In this document: positions 61,701 to 64,000 of the stretch, one piece after another | How positions within the stretch are numbered: position 1 is the stretch's first letter | Layout: the number at the start of each line of letters is the position of its first letter | Assembly: GCA_000934665.2 (NCBI GenBank) | Contig: JYFJ02000044.1 | Span: 62,001-126,000 of the forward strand | DNA length: 64,000 nt | Direction of reading: 5' to 3' | From: Catajapyx aquilonaris | Taxonomy: Eukaryota | Translations under genes and position numbers: made by a program | The notes under the pieces: model-generated | Seen by the model: only the letters and a program-made list of their open reading frames with translations | Database searches by the model: none | What the model was told of the DNA's origin: nothing

Positions 61701-64000
61701 ACAGAAAGCTCCCATGATCATGAGAGAGATGAATCCTCTTGTGGATTCACTGTACTGGCATGAATAAGGATTTATATCACCCGCGAAGCACCCAAATTAT
61801 CCTCACTTCCAGGATGATTAAACACCTGAAAACTGTCTCAAAGCAAACGAGACTAATTATAAGTGGTTATCCATCCGCCATCGTTATCGCTATTAGTCTA
61901 CTTCCTCGCACATTTTTTTCTCCCGAAATAGTTTCGAAGCGCCATAATGTGCACCCATTTAGTAAGTGAGCCCTTCCTGGAAACTATGTACACTATACTT
62001 CGGACATACCCGGAGTATTACGTAGCCTTGTTTGTTTAATTACAGCAGAGCACCGCAGATGGATAATTAGTCAACGTTACCTGTCCTGGGGTCAGTGGGT
62101 GCAAGACATGAAATCCTAATCGCGTTTCCAGAAGCACGTCCCTGGGCAGATCCCAAACCTCTGGCGGCGTCTAGAGTGTGTATCTCCGGTCTCCCACGGC
62201 GGAGATGTAAGGCCTTAATATTCCCAGCGTCTCATCTCCAAGCATCTCAATTCGCCTTTGGGCAAACAGCCCCAAAGGACCAGGTTCTGCGCTACTTGTA
62301 ACTGCCCAAAAGGAAACTGCATCAACATTTTGGGAGGCCATATCTGGCATTGCATAAAATCAACGCAAGGTTTTCTTTGAAGTGAAAGGTTTGTGTGTAG
62401 GTGGCGTTGAGCTGAGTTGTTTCCGCGTCTCTCCAGAGGGCTCTGGTTTTCACGTGCTGTCACTTGCCTTTTGTTTCAGCATCTAACTGGCTCTCGTAAA
62501 TAGATTAACTCCTCGTTAGCCCGCCTTTGAACCTAACCCAATCTTTCTTGCCTCTACCTGTTGAGTCCTTACTATTCCCTGCGTTGCCACACACCTCGTT
62601 ATGCCATGGAATGCGTCAAATATTGGGAACTATCAGTCAAATTTTGATGCACGTCATATGGCTGGGGGGGGGGGGGGNGGGGGGGGAGATATAAAATTGG
62701 ATGGGAGGCTGGTATGACGAGATGCAGCAGCTGAAGCGTCGTCTTCATTCTTTTCCGTGTCATTAGCTGCATTTGGCTCCAGGCCCCCCTTCCCCACCCC
62801 ATGCCAGACTGCAGGAAATATTTGAATAATTTACTCCTGTCTTAGCAGGTTCCAGGCGCCCATGAGGTGGGTCCGGAATTCGAATGGAACAATGGAACGG
62901 GCAGTTCCAAAGCAGCTAATATCCTCGGAATTTTCGAGGAAGGGGGAGGCTGTTATAATGGATGACTATCCCTGTGCGAGAAGGAGAAGTGCCTTTTAAA
63001 CTACCTTTTGAAGGTGCAGCCGGATATTAATTTTGGAAATTCTCTATTCCACGACGACCCAACTCTCCTAGTCTTACTCAATGTTGCTCCAGATTACATT
63101 ACTTTTCAAGGTTAGCTATACATTGTTGTCCATTGATTTTCTGTCATTTCAATGACGAAGAAAATTGTTAGGCATTTTATTTTAAAAAAATAATGGCGCT
63201 TTCTACTCATGGCACACTCATGGGATCAGATTGGGCAGATGCAAATACAGATTGCCATGCCCTGAAGTTAGCCATTCGCTACAGTCATCCTGGAAGGTAA
63301 ATTGGAAGTGAACTATCACAGATTGCAGGAAGAAACTCTTGTCTATTTGTGTCGAAAGCGCCACAAATCTTCCGTCTCATCAGCGAGTGATCAAACTTGA
63401 AAGCCTTCCGGACCAATACCCCACCTCCCAAGCGGATCCAGGGTGCACCGAGCCATAATAAATTTGGGCTGCGATACGAGCGACAGGCCTGTGAGTTTTT
63501 GATTGACTTCTGACCCCAACGGGACTTCATTTGCCACCCAACCTATTGTGACTGAAAGAGTGCATTGGACGCGAGGAAAAAAAAGCAATCAGCTTTTTTT
63601 GGTACGCTTTTGGCCACAATGCGCGCGTTTTTTTTAGTGCTGTTGAAAAGGAACTGTAGGCCTGTGGGGTTTGATCACCAGGCTGAATCCTTGTGATTGG
63701 CTTCTGTGTGGCATTGATTGGATCCTGGTGTCTCGGGCGCCATTTTTAGACCCGGTTTCAGTTACTTGAGAAGGATGCAAAGGGCAAAAGGGAGACATGC
63801 GGTGTGCTCTAATCCGATTTTCGGGACAGGAGAGACCCAAATGGGCTGCAGAAAGATCACATTGGAGGACATGAAAGGGATGGATACAAGAGTCAGGTTG
63901 CAAAGGTCACAATCTACATGTTGTCACAAAGGGAGGTTAATGGTAGAATAGCATTAATCTGAACCTACTAGGTCATGTGGAATCATGTGGCCGAGTTCGA

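Larger units (their letters stand above)
24155..64000 (+). other. Probable very large intron of the GPCR gene (continues beyond window)
   Basis: Starts at the GT donor at 24155. I saw no downstream exon encoding the expected N-x-x-V (NVFVIAAI-like) or TM2 LAxAD motif, and no other convincing CDS, up to the window end. Confidence 0.6.

Overview
This is eukaryotic, almost certainly arthropod, genomic DNA that is gene-poor and AT-rich. I can support two protein-coding loci, both on the + strand. The first is an intact single-exon 646-aa divergent ionotropic receptor (IR, variant iGluR chemoreceptor family) at 12015-13955. The second is the first coding exon (about 23716-24154) of a class A biogenic-amine GPCR most like invertebrate 5-HT1 serotonin receptors; I could not find its next exon in the window, which implies an intron of at least about 40 kb. 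The remainder holds many heavily decayed non-LTR retrotransposon fragments (RTE-like and CR1/L2-like, recognised only by eye from colinear motif remnants), mariner-type MITEs, local tandem duplications, microsatellites, poly-G/C tracts, G-quadruplex motifs and a few hairpins. I found no CRISPR array, RNA gene or prokaryote-type system. I cannot support a genuinely new biological system from the sequence alone. The best leads are the divergent IR next to (possibly nested in) the GPCR locus, a pre-miRNA-sized intronic hairpin, and an excess of perfect CRE palindromes.
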